The notes beneath the pieces are model-generated. The model was not told where the DNA came from. It did not search any database and saw only the letters and a program-made list of their open reading frames with translations. Shown in pieces: positions 40,701 to 55,700 of a stretch of 64,000 nt of DNA. Both the position numbers and the translations under genes were made by a program. Origin of the DNA: Antedon mediterranea. Lineage: Eukaryota > Animalia > Echinodermata. How positions within the stretch are numbered: position 1 is the first letter of the stretch; every line of letters begins with the position of its first letter. The stretch spans positions 16,576,101-16,640,100 of the forward strand of contig NC_092677.1 in assembly GCF_964355755.1 (NCBI RefSeq), in the 5' to 3' direction.

Positions 40701-43700
40701 AAATATTGTAAAAAAGATGTCTATAAAATTAAAATATGCCTAGGTCAAATGTTCAATAGTCAAATTAGAGGGTTGGTGTTTTGTATTCTCTTTCATTAGA
40801 GTAAATAGGGCATTCTGAATAACTTGGGACAACTTTAAAGTCTAGAGATAATCCAAATTTATGGTCAACGGTCAAACAGGCATTTCCTGTCATTTTTGTT
40901 AATCTTTGTTATTAGAGTGAATATAAATATGGATCTTTTGAGTATTTTGACACAAAATTGTTTACTTACGTACACCCAGTGGTTGTCAAAATAGAGTAAA
41001 TATTGTTAAGATGGCAGCCATTTTGAAAAATAGCCTAATCGGTTTATAATATGTTGTTCCAGACAACCTTAAAAATTTAGCTTTAGCATTTTTATATTTG
41101 TTTCTCCATTTGGCCCTTTTGTTGTCTAAACTCTTGAAATAATATGACGTAATTTTTATGATACGCGCATGTGCTAGGCGACTGGCACGTAAAATTGCAA
41201 ATTTGAGCACTTGTTTAGTGCGCTCTCTAACGTACGATTGGACGTATGACGTCATAACACTGCAGATGTTTACCAAAATCATGGCGGAGAATGACATCGC
41301 GATAATTTTCTGAGAATGTATAAATGTGAATTTCAGCCAAATTATATTTGATTTTTATTGGTTATTTTTAATTACATTTTTAATAAAACAGTCACTAGGA
41401 CGCCAGTATTCGTTCAGAAGATTATATAGACTGGGCCTGAGCTACACAAGCCGCGTGAAAACGGAAAATTGACGTTCTATTTTTGATTTGACGGCGCCGG
41501 ACCGGAACCGTACCGGAACAGGTGTGAAATAACTTATTAAGCCCGTGGTACTTCCACTGAACCAGCGTGGTAGAATAGCTCCACGGATTAGTCCCGGTTG
41601 CGATTTTTTTTTTCGTACATAAGTTGGGGACCCCCTCATGAAACGTCACAAAATATACATGAATAATTCATCAGTTAAATTTTCTTGTTCCGTGTGCACC
41701 CAAGCGTATCGCAACAAGAAGTGATTACACAAGTGCGGTACGATTCTAGGCCTAATCTCCGCTGTGGTTGCCGCGTGGGATTTCATAAAAGAATAGCGGC
41801 ATTTTGTGTGGATTGTCGAAATAATCAGCCTTTAGTTTATGGTGTTTTTAATATAATTTATTACTAAAGAATTACGTGTTAAAATTATAGTTTCTATTAA
41901 TACTATTAGGCCTAATTATTAGTCTCTAAACCCATGTCTATTCTAGTAGTAGCTGTGTGTGTGACTGACGTGTGTGTGTTAGGTATGACACAGTCCGAGT
42001 AATAAAGTCAGCAAAATTAAACAATAAACATTACACAAAAATACATTTTTTATTCTCATGGGTCTAATCTTCCCATCTCATGTGTTCATATACGCGCATT
42101 TTTAAAGTTCCTTTGAGTAGCCTACATGCATATTGTTTGATAATAAAATAGCAGAATTAAAAAATTACAGTACACAAATTATACACATTTGTTATTCTTG
42201 TGGGTCTAAGCTTTCTTTGGGCTATGTCCAATTACTACTTAGTTTAATGTCTTGCCTAGCTGTCGATTAGCCTCGACACATTTTGCATAGTGGTAGTGTG
42301 TGTGTGAAGAAGAGTGCGCGAAGGCAATCACGTGAATTGACCTAGAATCCTAGGCCTACTGTAGAAAGAATCGTATCGCAGTTTAGTTGTGCCATGGATT
42401 AAAAAAATATTCTATTCTTTAATCCATGGTTGATGTGCGTGTAATCACTTCTTGTTGCTTTACACTTGGGTGCACACGGAACAACAAATTTAACTGATGA
42501 ATTATTCATGTTTATTTTGTGACGTTTCATGAGGGGGTCCCCAACTTATGTACGAAAAAAAAAATCGCGTCCCGGTTCTATTGTTGACCGAAATTAGTAA
42601 CAAATATTTTGGCGCATATGGCATGTCATACGTATAATAAATGAGCGCGGCTTGTGACAAAAATCGAAACGCCGAGTGGTGAACTAACATAAAAAAGACA
42701 ATAACTACTAATACTACTACTCCACGGACGAGCGGTACTAGAGATTACTCTGGCATGTCAACGTAAATGTCCATTTAATCTAAATTATAAATCGAGTAAC
42801 AGCTAGAGTACGATTTGAGTGAAACTTAAAAGTCCATCCATATTGTGAAATATGTTGTTTAACAAATCGTGGACTGAGTTTCAATAAAAGTTATTTTGGT
42901 TATCCGCACTTGGCGGATAACCCCTTGTTATTGTCAGGATCTTTTTTTGGTTATCCGCTCTTGGCGGATAACCTCTTGTTATTGTCAGGATCTTTTTTTG
43001 GTTATCCGCACTTGGCGGATAACCCCTTGTTATTGTCAGGATCTTTTTTTTATTTTTCTTTTTCTCTTTTTTTTTGGTTATCCGCACTTTGGCGGATAAC
43101 CTCTTGTTATTGTCAGGATCTTTTTTTTTTTTTTCTTTTTTTTCTTTTTTCTTCTTTCTTTCCCAGAATTTTGTTGCGCGTGTATCTCAAAATCTTCTTA
43201 ACATAACATTGTATAACTTTATCAGAAGATTTACCTCTATCTGAAGATGTCGTAATAAGGTTTTCGGTCCAGTCCGAGTTGCGCAGCGTAACTTACGCGC
43301 GATTTTATGAATTTCAATGATTGATCATAGATTAAAAACCAAAAGTAATTTTGTTTTGAAACTTGGTGAAAATTTAAGTCATATTAATCGGAAACTTTCT
43401 ATGGATTAAAAATTGCATGCTTCACAAAAAGTTACGCGCGCACGCGCGTTTGAAATTTCAAAATTCGAAAAATCAATTTCTAATCAACTTTCTACACGTT
43501 TCATGTCATTTTGAGCATTTCAAAAATTCCCACGCGTGCGCAATTTTTTTACGCGCGCGTGCGCACGTAGCGCAAAAACATCATTTTTTTGCTTGATTTT
43601 TGTTTTTCCTGTCTTTTTTAGTAAATTTACCAACTTTCAAACAATTTCAACTTAAAATCACGTTATACGAGCACGTAGAATTAAACAATTTACGCGCATT

Positions 43701-46700
43701 TTTGATGAAAAAGTTCAAAAATTTGTCAAAATTATGCCTTTTTTTAAACAGTCATAGATTCTAAACTACGTGGTGAACTTTTTTTAAATTTCAAATTCTG
43801 AATGTAGATGAGTTGTAGATATCGAATCATGCATCGATTTGGCTAACCGGACATTGTGACGTCATCGTATGGCCACACGAATATCAAATATAGGATTTTT
43901 GTCTCTTTCGTCATAGCTCATCACATTTAATAGAGCACATCTCCACTTATCCGTATTCCATTTTCCCCCATTTTTATATATTGTCTAGGTCAATCAATTA
44001 TCTTTCGATTGATTCACCATTTTTAAAATTGTTATGACGTCATCATGTCCAAAAGCGTCAATAACTTTGGTCACTTATTTTCACCTATTCTACACTGTAT
44101 GTAGTACGTATACAGTATATAGTGTATACCGTATATACTTAGACGTGACACAAAATAGAGGGCGCACTAACATTTTTTTCAGTGGCATAATCGTTTTTCT
44201 GCACGCAATATTCTAACATATGACGTGCACGTGGCTTTTGCGCTGCGGATAACCTAACTCGTCCGTAGTGACGAGTTCAAATCTAGTTCTATTTTCTTCT
44301 TTCTTTCCACAAATTTTGTTGCTAGTGTATCTCTAAATCTTCTTAACATAACATTGTATAACTTTATCAGAAGATTGACCTCTATCTGAAGATGTCGTAA
44401 TAAGGTTTTCAGTCGTGTCCGAGTTGCGCAGCGTAAGTTACGCGCGATTTTATGAATTTCAATGATTGATCATAGAATAAAACCTAAAAGTTTGTTTGTA
44501 TTGAAACTTGGTGAAAATTTAAGTCATATAATGCGCAAACTTTCTATGGATTAAAAATTGCATGCTTCACAAAAAGTTACGCGCGCACGCGCGTTTGAAA
44601 TTTCAAAATGCGAAAAATCAATTTCTAATCAACTTTCTACGCGTTTCATGTCATTTTGAGCATTTCAAAAATTCCCACGCGTGCGCAATTTTTTTACGCG
44701 CGCGTGCGCACGTAGCGCAAAAACATCATTTTTTTGCTTGATTTTTGTTTTTCCTGTCTTTTTTAGTAAATTTACCAACTTTCAAACAATTTCAACTTAA
44801 AATCACGTCATACGAGCACGTAGAATTAAACAATTTACGCGCATTTTTTATGAAAAAGTTCAAAAATTTGTCAAAATTATGCCTTTTTTTAAACAGTCAT
44901 AGATTCTAAACTACGTGGTGAACTTTTTTAAAATTACATATTCTGAATGTAGATGAGTTGTAGATATCGAATCATGCATCGATTTGGCTAACCGGACATT
45001 GTGACGTCATCGTATGGCCACACGAATATCAAAGATAGGATTTTTGTCTCTTTCGTCATTGCTCATCACATTTAATAGAGCGCATCTCCACTTATCCGTA
45101 TTCCATTTTCCCCCATTTTTATAATTGTCTAGGTCAATCAATTATCTTTCGATTGATTTACCATTTTTAAAATTGTTATGACGTCATCATGTCCAAAAGC
45201 GTCAATAACTTTGGTCACTTATTTTCACCTATTCTACACTGTATGTAGTACGTATACAGTATAATAGTGTATACCGTATATACTTAAACGTGACACAAAA
45301 TAGAGGGCGCACTAACATTTTTTTCAGTGGCATAATCGTTTTTCTGCACGCAATATTCTAACGTATGACGTGCACGTGGCTTTTGCGCTGCGGATAACCT
45401 AACTCGTCCGTAGTGACGAGTTCAAATCTAGTTTTCTTTTTGGTTATCCGCACTTGGCGGATAACCCCTTGTTATTGTCAGGATCTTTTTGGTTATCCGC
45501 TCTTGGCGGATAACCCCTTGTTATTGTCAGGATCTTTTTTTTTTTTTTCTTTTTTGGTTATCCGCACTTGGCGGATAACCTCTTGTTATTGTCAGGATCT
45601 TTTTTTTTCTCTTTCTCTTTGGTTATCCGCACTTGGCGGATAACCCCTTGTTATTGTCAGGATCTTTTTTTTTTTTTTTTTTTTTTTTTTTCTATGTTCT
45701 TCTTTCTTTCCACGAATTTTGTTGGTCGCATATCTCTAATTCTGGCCAACATAAGATTGTATAACTTTGTCATAAGATTGACCTATAGCTGTAGATGTGC
45801 AGCCAAGCTTTTGGACGATTTCGGAGTTGCGCAGCGTAAGTTACGCGCGATTTTATGAATTTCAATGATTGATCATAGATTAAAAACCAAAAGTCATTTT
45901 GTATTGAAACTTGGTGAAAATTTAAATCATATCATGCGCAAACTTTCTATGGATTAAAAATGGCATGTTTTACAAAAAGTTACGCGTGCACGCGCGTTTA
46001 AAATTTCAAAATGCGAAAAATCAATTTCTAATCAACTTTCTACGCGTTTCATGTCATTTTGAGCATTTCAAAAATTCCCACGCGTGCGCAGTTTTTTTAC
46101 GCGCGCGTGCGCACGTAGCGCAAAAACATCTTTTTTTTGCTTGATTTTTGTTTTTTCAGCCTTTTATAGTAAATTTACCAATTTTCAATCAATTTAGACT
46201 TAAAATCACGTCATACGAGCACGTAGAATTGAACAATTTGCGCGCGTTTTTGATGAAAAAGTTAAAAAATTTGTTAAAATTATGCCTTTTTTAAAACAGT
46301 CATAGATTGTAAACTACGTGGTTTACTTTTTTAAAATTACACATTCTGGTAGTAGATGAGTTGCAGATATCAAATCATGCATCAATATGGCTAACCGGAC
46401 ATTATGACGTCATCGTATGGCCACTCGAATATGAAATATAGGATTTTTTACTCTTTCCTCATAGCTCGTCACATTTAATAGACCGCATCTCCTTTATCCG
46501 TATTCCAATTCCCTCAATTTTTTTATTATTGTCTAGGTCAATCAATTATCTTTCGCATGATTCACCATTTTTAAAATTATGATGACGTCATCATGTTCAA
46601 AAGACGTCATTAGCTTTGGTCACTTATTTTCACCTATTCTGCACTGTATGTAGTACGTATACAATATATAGTGTTATACCGTATATACTCAGACGTGACG

Positions 46701-49700
46701 CAAAATAGAGAGCGCACTAACATTTTTTCAATGCCATAATCGTTTTTCTGCGCGCAATATTCTAACGTATGACGTGCGCTGCGGATAACCTAACTCGTCC
46801 GTAGTGACGAGTTCAAATCTAGTTGGTTATCCGCACTTGGCGGATAACCTCTTGTTATTGTCAGGATCTTTTTTTTTTTCTTTTTTTTTTTTTTCTATGT
46901 TCTTCTTTCTTTCCACGAATTTTGTTCGCAGCGTATCTCTAACTCTGGCCAACATATGATTGTATAACTTTGTCAAAAGATTGCCCTCTTGCTGTAGATG
47001 TGCAAGAAACTTTTTTTTATGAATTTTGAGTTGCGCAGCGTAAGTTACGCGCGACTTTATGAATTTAAATGATTGATCATAGATTAAAAACCGAAAGTTA
47101 TTTTGTATTGAAACTTTGTGAAAATTTAAGTCATATCAAGCGCAAACTTTCTATGGATTAAAAATTGCATGTTTCACAGAAAGTTACGCGCGCACGCGCG
47201 TTTAAAATTTCAAAATGCAAAAAATCAACTTCTAATCAATTTTCTACGCGTTTCATATCATTTTGAGCATTTCAAAAATTCCCAGGCTTGCGCAATTTTT
47301 TTACGCGCGCGTGCGCACGTAGCGCAAAAACATCTTTTTTTTGCTTGATTTTTGTTTTTTCTGTCTTTTATAATATATTTACCCATTTTCAATCAATTTT
47401 GCCTTAAAATCTCGTCATACGAGCACGTAGAATTAAACAATTTGCGCGCAATTTTGATGAAAAAGTCCAAAAATTTGTCAAAATTATGCCTTTTTTTAAA
47501 CAGTCATAGATTCTAAACTACGTGGTAAACTTTTTTATAATTACATATTCTGGTAGTAGATGAGTTGTAGATATCGAATCATGTATCAATATGGCTATCA
47601 GGACATTGTGACGTCATCGTATGGCCACTCGAATATAAAATATAGGATTTTTTTCTCTTTCCTATAGCTCATCACATTTAATAGAGCGCATCTCCACTTA
47701 TCCGTATTCCATTGCCCTCAATTTCTTTATATTGTCTATGTCAATCAATTATCTTTCGCATGATTCACCATTTTAAAAATTGTTATGACGTCATCATGTG
47801 CAAAAGCGTCAATAACTTTGGTCACTTATTTTCACCTATTCTGAACTGTATGTAGTACGTATACGGTATATAGTGTATACCGTATACACTTGACGTGACA
47901 CAAAATAGAGAGCGCACTCACATTTTTTCAATGGCATAATCGTTTTTCTGCGCGCAATATTCCAACGTATGACGTGCACGTGGCTATAGGACTGCGGATA
48001 ACCTAACTCGTCCGTAGTGACGAGTTCAAATCTAGTTTTTCTTCTATTTTCTTCTTTCTTTCCACGATTTTTGTTCGCAGCGTATCTCTAATTCTGGCCA
48101 ACATATGATTGTATAACTTTGTCAAAAGATAGCCCTGTAGCTGTAGATGTGCAAGAAACTTTTTTTTTCGAATTTCGAGTTGCGCAGCGTAAGTTACGCG
48201 CAATTTTATGAATTTCAATGATTGATCATAGAATAAAAACTAAAAGTCATTTTGTATTGAAACTTGGTGAAAATTTAAGTCATAACATGCTCAAACTTTC
48301 TATGGATTAAAAATGGCATGTTTGACAGAAAGTTACGCGCGCACGCGCGTTTAAAATTTCAAAATGCGAAAATTCAATTTCTAATCAACTTTCTACGCGT
48401 TTCATGTCATTTTGAGCATTTCAAAAATTCCCACGCGTTCGCAATTTTTTTACGCGCGCGTGCGCACGTAGCACAAAAACGTATTTTTTTTGCTTGATTT
48501 TTGTTATTTCAGCCTTTTCTAGTAAATTTATCAATTTTCAATCAATTTCGACTTAAAATCACGTCATACGAGCACGTAGAATTGAACAATTTATGCACGT
48601 TTTTGAAGAAAAACTTCAAAAATTCGTCAAAATTAGACATTTTTTTAAACAGTCATAAATTCTAAACTACGTGGTGAACTTTTTTAAAATTACATATTCT
48701 GGAATTTGATGAGTTGTAGATATAGAATCATGCATCGATATGGCTAACCGGACATTGTGACGTCATCGTTTGGCCACTCGAATATAAAAATAGGATTTTG
48801 TTCTCTTTCGTCATAGCTCGTCAAATTTAATAGAGCGCATCTCTACTTATCCGTATTCCATTTCACTCAATTTTTTTATATTGTCTAGGTCAATCAATTA
48901 TCTTTCGCATGAGTTAAAAATATTTAAATTGTTATGACGTCATCATGTCCAAAAGCGTCAATAACTTATTTTCACCTATTCTGCACTGTCTTTAGTACGT
49001 ATACAATATATAGTGTATACCGTATATACTCAGACGTGACGTAAAATAGAGAGCGCACTAACATTTTTTCAATGGCATAATCGTTTTTCTGCGCGCAATA
49101 TTCGAACGTATGACGTGCACGTGGCTTTTGGGCTGCGGATAACCTAACTCGTCCGTAGTGACGAGTTCAAATCTAGTTTTTTTTTCTTTTTTGGTTATCC
49201 GCACTTGGCGGATAACCCCTTGTTATTGTCAGGATCTTTTTTTTTTTTTTTTTTTTCTTTTTTTTCTTTTTTCTTCTTTCTTTCCCAGAATTTTGTTGCG
49301 CGTGTATCTCAAAATCTTCTTAACATAACATTGTATAACTTTATCAGAAGATTGACCTCTATCTGAAGATGTCGTAATAAGGTTTTCGGTCCAGTCTGAG
49401 TTGCGCAGCGTAAGTTACGCGCGATTTTATGAATTTCAATGATTGATCGTAGATTAAAAACCAAAAGTAATTTTGTATTGAAACTTGGTGAAAATTTAAG
49501 TCATATTAAGCGCAAACTTTCTATGGATTAAAAATGGCATGTTGCGCAGAAAGTTACGCGCGCACGCGCGTTTAAAATTTCAAAATGCGAAAAATCAACT
49601 TCTAATCAACTTTCTACGCGTTTCATGTCATTTTGAGCATTTCAAAAATTACCACACGTGCGCAATTTTTTTACGCGCGCGTGCGCACGTAGCGCAAAAA

Positions 49701-52700
49701 CATCATTTTTTGGCTTGATTTTTGTTTTTCCTGTCTTTTTTTAGTAGATTTACCAACTTTCAAACAATTTCGACTTAAAATCACGTCATACGAGCACGTA
49801 GAATTGAAAAATTTGCGCGCGTTTTTGATGAAAAAGTTCAAAAATTCGTGAAAATTATGCCTTTTTTTAAAATGTCATAGATTCTAAACTACGTGGTGAA
49901 CTTTTTTAAAATTACAGATTCTGAAAGTAGATGAGTTGTAGATATCGAATCATGCATCAATATAGCTAACCGGACATTGTGACGTCATCGTATGGCCACT
50001 CAAATATAAAATATAGGATTTTTTTCACTTTCGTCTTAGCTCATCACATTTAATAGAGCGCATCTCCACTTATCCGTATTCCATTGCCCTCCATTTCTTT
50101 ATATTGTCTAGGTCAATCAATTATCTTTCGCATGATTCACCATTTTAAAATTTTTTATGACGTCATCATGTGCAAAAGCGTCATTAACTTTGGTCACTTA
50201 TTTTCACCTATTCTGAACTGTATGTAGTACGTATACAGAATATAGTGTTATACTGTATATATTTAGACGTGACACAAAATAGAGAGCGCACTAACATTTT
50301 TTCATTGGCATAATCGTTTTTCTGTGCGCAATATTCTAACGTTTGATGTGCACGTGGCGTTTGCGAGGCGGATAACCTAACTCGTCCGTAGTGACGAGTT
50401 CAAATCTAGTTTTCTATTTTCTTCTTTCTTTCCACGAATTTTGTTGCTAGTGTATCTCTAAATCTTCTTAACATAACATTGTATAACTTTATCAGAAGAT
50501 TGATCTCTATCTGAAGATGTCGTAATAAGGTTTTCGGTCACGTCCGAGTTGCGCAGCGTAAGTTACGCACGATTTTATGAATTTCAATTATTGATCATAG
50601 AATAAAAACTAAAAGTCGTTTTGTATTGAAACTTGGTGAACATTTAAGTCATATAATGCGCAAACTTTCTATGGATTAAAAATGGCAAGTTTCACAAAAA
50701 CTTAAGCGCGCACGCGCGTTTAAAATTTCAAAATGCGAAAAATCAATATCTAATCAACTTTCTACGCGTTTCATGTCATTTCGAGCATTTCAAAAATTCC
50801 CACGCGTGCGCAATTTTTTTACGCGCACGTGCGCACGTAGCGCAAAAATATCATTTTTTTGCTTGATTTTTGTTTTTCCTGTCTTTTTTAGAAAATTTAC
50901 CAACTTTCAAACAATTTCGACTTAAAATCACGTCATACGAGCACGTAGAATTAAACAATTTACGCGCATTTTTGATGAAAAAGTTCAAAAATTTGTCAAA
51001 ATTATGCCTTTTTTTAAACAGTCATAGATTCTAAACTACTTGGTGAACTTTTTTATAATTACATATTCTGGTAATAGATGAGTTGCAGATATCAAATCAT
51101 GCATCAATATGGCTAACCGGACATTGTAACGTCATCGTATGGCCACTCGAATATAAAATATAGGATTTTTGTCTCTTTCCTTGTAGCTCGTCACATTTAA
51201 TATAGCGCATCTCCACTTATTTGTATTCCATTTCCCCCCATTTTTTTATGTTGTCTAGGTCTATCAATTATCTTTCGCACGATTCACCATTTCAAAATTG
51301 TGATGACGTCATCATGTTCAAAAGCGTCAATAACTTTGGTCACTTATTTTCACCTATTCTGCACTGTATGTAGTACGTATACAGTATATAGTGTATACCG
51401 TATATACTCAGACGTGACGAAAAATAGAGAGCACACTGAAATTGTTTTCAATGGCATAATCGTTTTTCTGCGCGCAATATTCCAACGTATGACGTGCACG
51501 TGGCTTTTGCGCTGCGGATAACCTAACTCGTCCGTAGTGACGAGTTCAAATCTAGTTTTTTGGTTATCCGCACTTGGCGGATAACCCCTTGTTATTGTCA
51601 GGATCTTTTTTTTTTTTTTTTTTTTTTTTCTTTCTTATTCTTCTTTCTTTCCCAGAATTTTGTTGCGCGTGTATCTCTAAATCTTCTCAACATAACATTT
51701 TGTAACTTTATCAGAAGATTGATCTCTATCTGAATATGTCGTAATAAGGTTTTCGGTACCGTCCGAGTTGCGCAGCGTAAGTTACGCGCGATTTTATGAA
51801 TTTTGCGTATTTAATTTAGATCGAAAACTATTAAACCATTTAAATTGGAACTTGGCAAAAGTTTAATTTATATCATGCGCTAACTTTCTATGGAGAGAAA
51901 ATGGCATGTTTTACAGAAAATTACGCGCGCACGCGCGTTTAAAATTTCAAAATGCGAAAAATCAATTTTTAATCAACTTTCTACGCGTTTCATGACATTT
52001 TGAGCATTTCAAAAATTCCCACGCGTGCGCACTTTTCTTACGCGCGCGTGCGCACGTAGCGCAAAAACATCTATTTTTTCCTTGATTTTTGTTTTTCCAG
52101 CCTTTTCTAGTAAATTTACCAGTTTTCAATCAATTTCGACTTTAAATCACGTCATACGAGCACGTAGAATTGAACAATTTGCGCGCGTTTTTGATGAAAA
52201 AGTTAAAAAATTCGTGAAAATTATGCCTTTTTTTAAAAAGTCATAGATTCTAAAGTCCGTGGTGAAAATTTTGAAAATTTCAGATTCTGGAAGTAGATGA
52301 GTTGTAGATATCATATCATGCATCGATATGGCTAACCGGACATTGTGACGTCAACGTATGGCCACTCGAATATAAAATATAGGATTTTTGTCTCTTTCTC
52401 ATAGCTCATCACATTTAATAGAGCGCATCTCCACTTATCCGTATTCCATTTCCCCCATTTTGTTATATTGTCTAGGCCAATCAATTATCTTTCGCATAAT
52501 CTACAATTTTTTAAATTGTGATGACGTCATCATGTCCAAAAGCGTCAATAACTTGGGTCCCTTATTTTCACCTATTCTGCACTGTATGTTGTACGTATAC
52601 AGAATATAGTGTATACCGTATATACTTTGACGTGACACAAAATAGAGAGCGCACTAACATTTTTTCAATGGCATAATCGTTTTTCTGCGCGCAATATTCT

Positions 52701-55700
52701 AACGTATGACGTGCACGTGGCCTTTGCGCTGCGGATAACCTAACTCGTCCGAAGTGACGAGTTCAAATCTAGTTATTTTTCTTTTTCTCTTTTTTTTTCT
52801 ATTTTCTTCTTTCTTTCCACAAATTTTGTTGCTAGTGTATTTCTAAATCTTCTTAACATAACATTGTATAACTTTATCAGAAGATTGACCTCTATCTGAA
52901 GATGTCGTAATAAGGTTTTCAGTCGCGTCCGAGTTGCGCAGCGTAAGTTACGCGCGATTTTATGTATTTCAATGATTGATCATAGAATAAAAACTAAAAG
53001 TTTTTTTGTATTGAAACTTGGTGAAAATTGAAGTCATATAATGCGCAAACATTCTATGGATTAAAAATTGCATGTTTCACAAAAGTTACGCGCGCACGCG
53101 CGTTTAAAATTTTAAAATGCGAAAAATCAATTTCTAATCAACTTTCTACGCGTTTCATGTCATTTTGAGCATTTCAAAAATTCCCACGCGTGCGCAATTT
53201 TTTTACGCGCGCGTGCGCACGTAACGCAAAAACATCATTTTTTTGCTTGATTTTTGTTTTTCCTGTCTTTTTTAGTAAATTTACCAACTTTCAAACAATT
53301 TCAACTTAAAATCACGTCATACGAGCACGTAGAATTAAACAATTTACGCGCATTTTTGTTGAAAAAGTTCAAAAATTTGTCAAAATTATGCCTTTTTTTA
53401 AACAGTCATAGATTCTAAACTACGTGGTGAACTTTTTTTAAATTACATATTCTGAATGTAGATGAGTTGTAGATATCGAATCAATCATCGATTTGGCTAA
53501 TCGGACATTGTGACGTCATTGTATGGCCACACGAATATCAAATATAGGATTTTTGTCTCTTTCGTCATAGCTCATCACATTTAATAGAGCGCATCTCCAC
53601 TTATCCGTATTCCATTTCCCCCCATTTTTATATATTGTCTAGGTCAATCAATTATCTTTCGATTTATTCACCATTTTTAAAATTGTTATGACGTCATCAT
53701 GTCCAAAAGCGTCAATAACTTTGGTCACTTATTTTCACCTATTCTGCACTGTATGTAGTACGTATACAGTATATAGTGTATACCGTATATACTTAGACGT
53801 GACACAAAATAGAGGGCGCACTAACATTTTTTTCAGTGGCATAATCGTTTTTCTGCACGCAATATTCTAACGTATGACGTGCACGTGGCTTTTGCGCTGC
53901 GGATAACCTAACTCGTCCGTAGTGACGAGTTCAAATCTAGTTACCAGTTCGTATTATACTGCACCTCCTGAAGAAGAAACATGTTTAATAGCTAGCCGAG
54001 TGACCGAGCGGTTGAGGCAGGTGGTAATGTAATAAGAAAGTATTGATATAAACATCCCAGTAACTTTTTTATTTTTTAGCTGACCTGAGTGATTTTGTAA
54101 AAATGAAATTTGAACAAAAACAAATTTCTGTCAAAAGAGAAAGTGAAGAATTATCAAGAGCAATGGAAGATATGCAAATTACAAGTAAAGGTTGGTATAG
54201 AAATAAAATAAAATTGTAAAACAAAAAAAATATTTTCAATTTAAGTAGAATGGGTCTTGTCCTGGCTATCTGTTTCAACAAAATTGCTTAGTTTCTAAAC
54301 TTTAAAAAAATACTAATGACACAACCTGCTTATCATGCAATCAATGACATTTGCATAAGCACTCATTTTGTAGGTACGTCAATGTTGAATTAATGAAATC
54401 TAGTAACTCAGAAATTAGGATAAAATCAAAGGTTACCATGATTTATATTCTAGTAAAGGTTTTGGTTTTTAATTGGTGTGTCTTACTGTACTAGTAATAA
54501 ATCTAAATATATGACGATGAAGATGACAACGACTACGACTATGTAAATGTCAACAACAATTCAACACGTCAGAGGTTTTGGAGATTAGGTTGGCAAACAT
54601 TGAAGTCTAACCTAAATGTTGTATTTTTTTTTTAAGGGACTTATGACAGTCAACACTTTATATCACATCCAATTTCAGTGCCAGATGAAGCTGTCATAGA
54701 AGAAATATGTACTTCTTTGAGTATTTTCTACATATGTGTATTAATGCCCCATGAGAGTGCAATCACAGATACAAACATCATAAGTTCATTGGAAAGAATA
54801 GAAGTCAAGTCCCCATTTTTTAGCTGGATTAAAACTCAATCACAACGTTGTCTAACAGAGGATATTGGGAGAATGATTGCTCATTGTATACTTGTTTTAG
54901 AGAATGAAAGTAACTTTTTATCACAAGTTGCAGAATTATGTACTGATGATGTTGTAAAGGGTCTATCTAATGAATTACATAAATTTAATTTTGAATACAA
55001 TATTCACAAATTCACGCTTAGATTTGATAACAGTGTAAGCGCATCATTTTTAATTCATCTATTAAGTAATGCACCCAGACTTCATGAGCTTAGTTTAAGA
55101 TATGGGGGAAAACAAGTAAGTAATACTTTAATGAACACTGTTGATATTCTATCTAGAGACATGTTTGTGTTTGAACTCCGTCATCTTGATATCAGCAAGA
55201 ATAACCTAAGTGATGTCAAAGGTACTTCACTAGCTATGTTACTGTCTATTTCCCCTAAGCTTAGAGAACTTGACATCTCTTCTTGCAGTTTATCAGGTGC
55301 TATTGTTGATTGTATGGCTAGTGAGTGTGTTAGTAGGAAACTAGTGTTGGAGTTGGATCATTTTGATATCAGCTGGAATAATCTAAGTGATGTCAAAGGT
55401 ACCTCACTAGCTATGTTACTGTCTAATTCCTGTAAACTGAGTACCCTTAACATCTCTAATTGCAGTTTATCCGGGGATATTGTTAATTGTATGGTCAGTG
55501 AGTGTGTTAGTAGGAAATTAGTGTTAGAATTAGATTATCTTGATATCGGCTTGAATAATCTGAGTGATGTCAAAGGTACCTCTCTTGCCTTACTACTGTC
55601 TATTTCCCCTAAACTGAGTGACCTCCACATGTTCAATTGCAGTTTATCGGGTCCTGTAGTTGATTGTATGGTCAATGAGTGTGTAAGTAGAAAGCTAGTG

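Noticed and set aside
42898-43120. Palindromic short repeats resembling a CRISPR array (also 45442-45665)
   Set aside because: Spacers are just T-tracts, there are no cas genes, the context is eukaryotic, and the repeats are Helentron head modules
44034-44216. Recurrent small ORFs in the array (also 51300, 52025, 52388, 53688)
   Set aside because: Chance frames in non-autonomous element bodies, broken in other copies, with no Rep/helicase motifs
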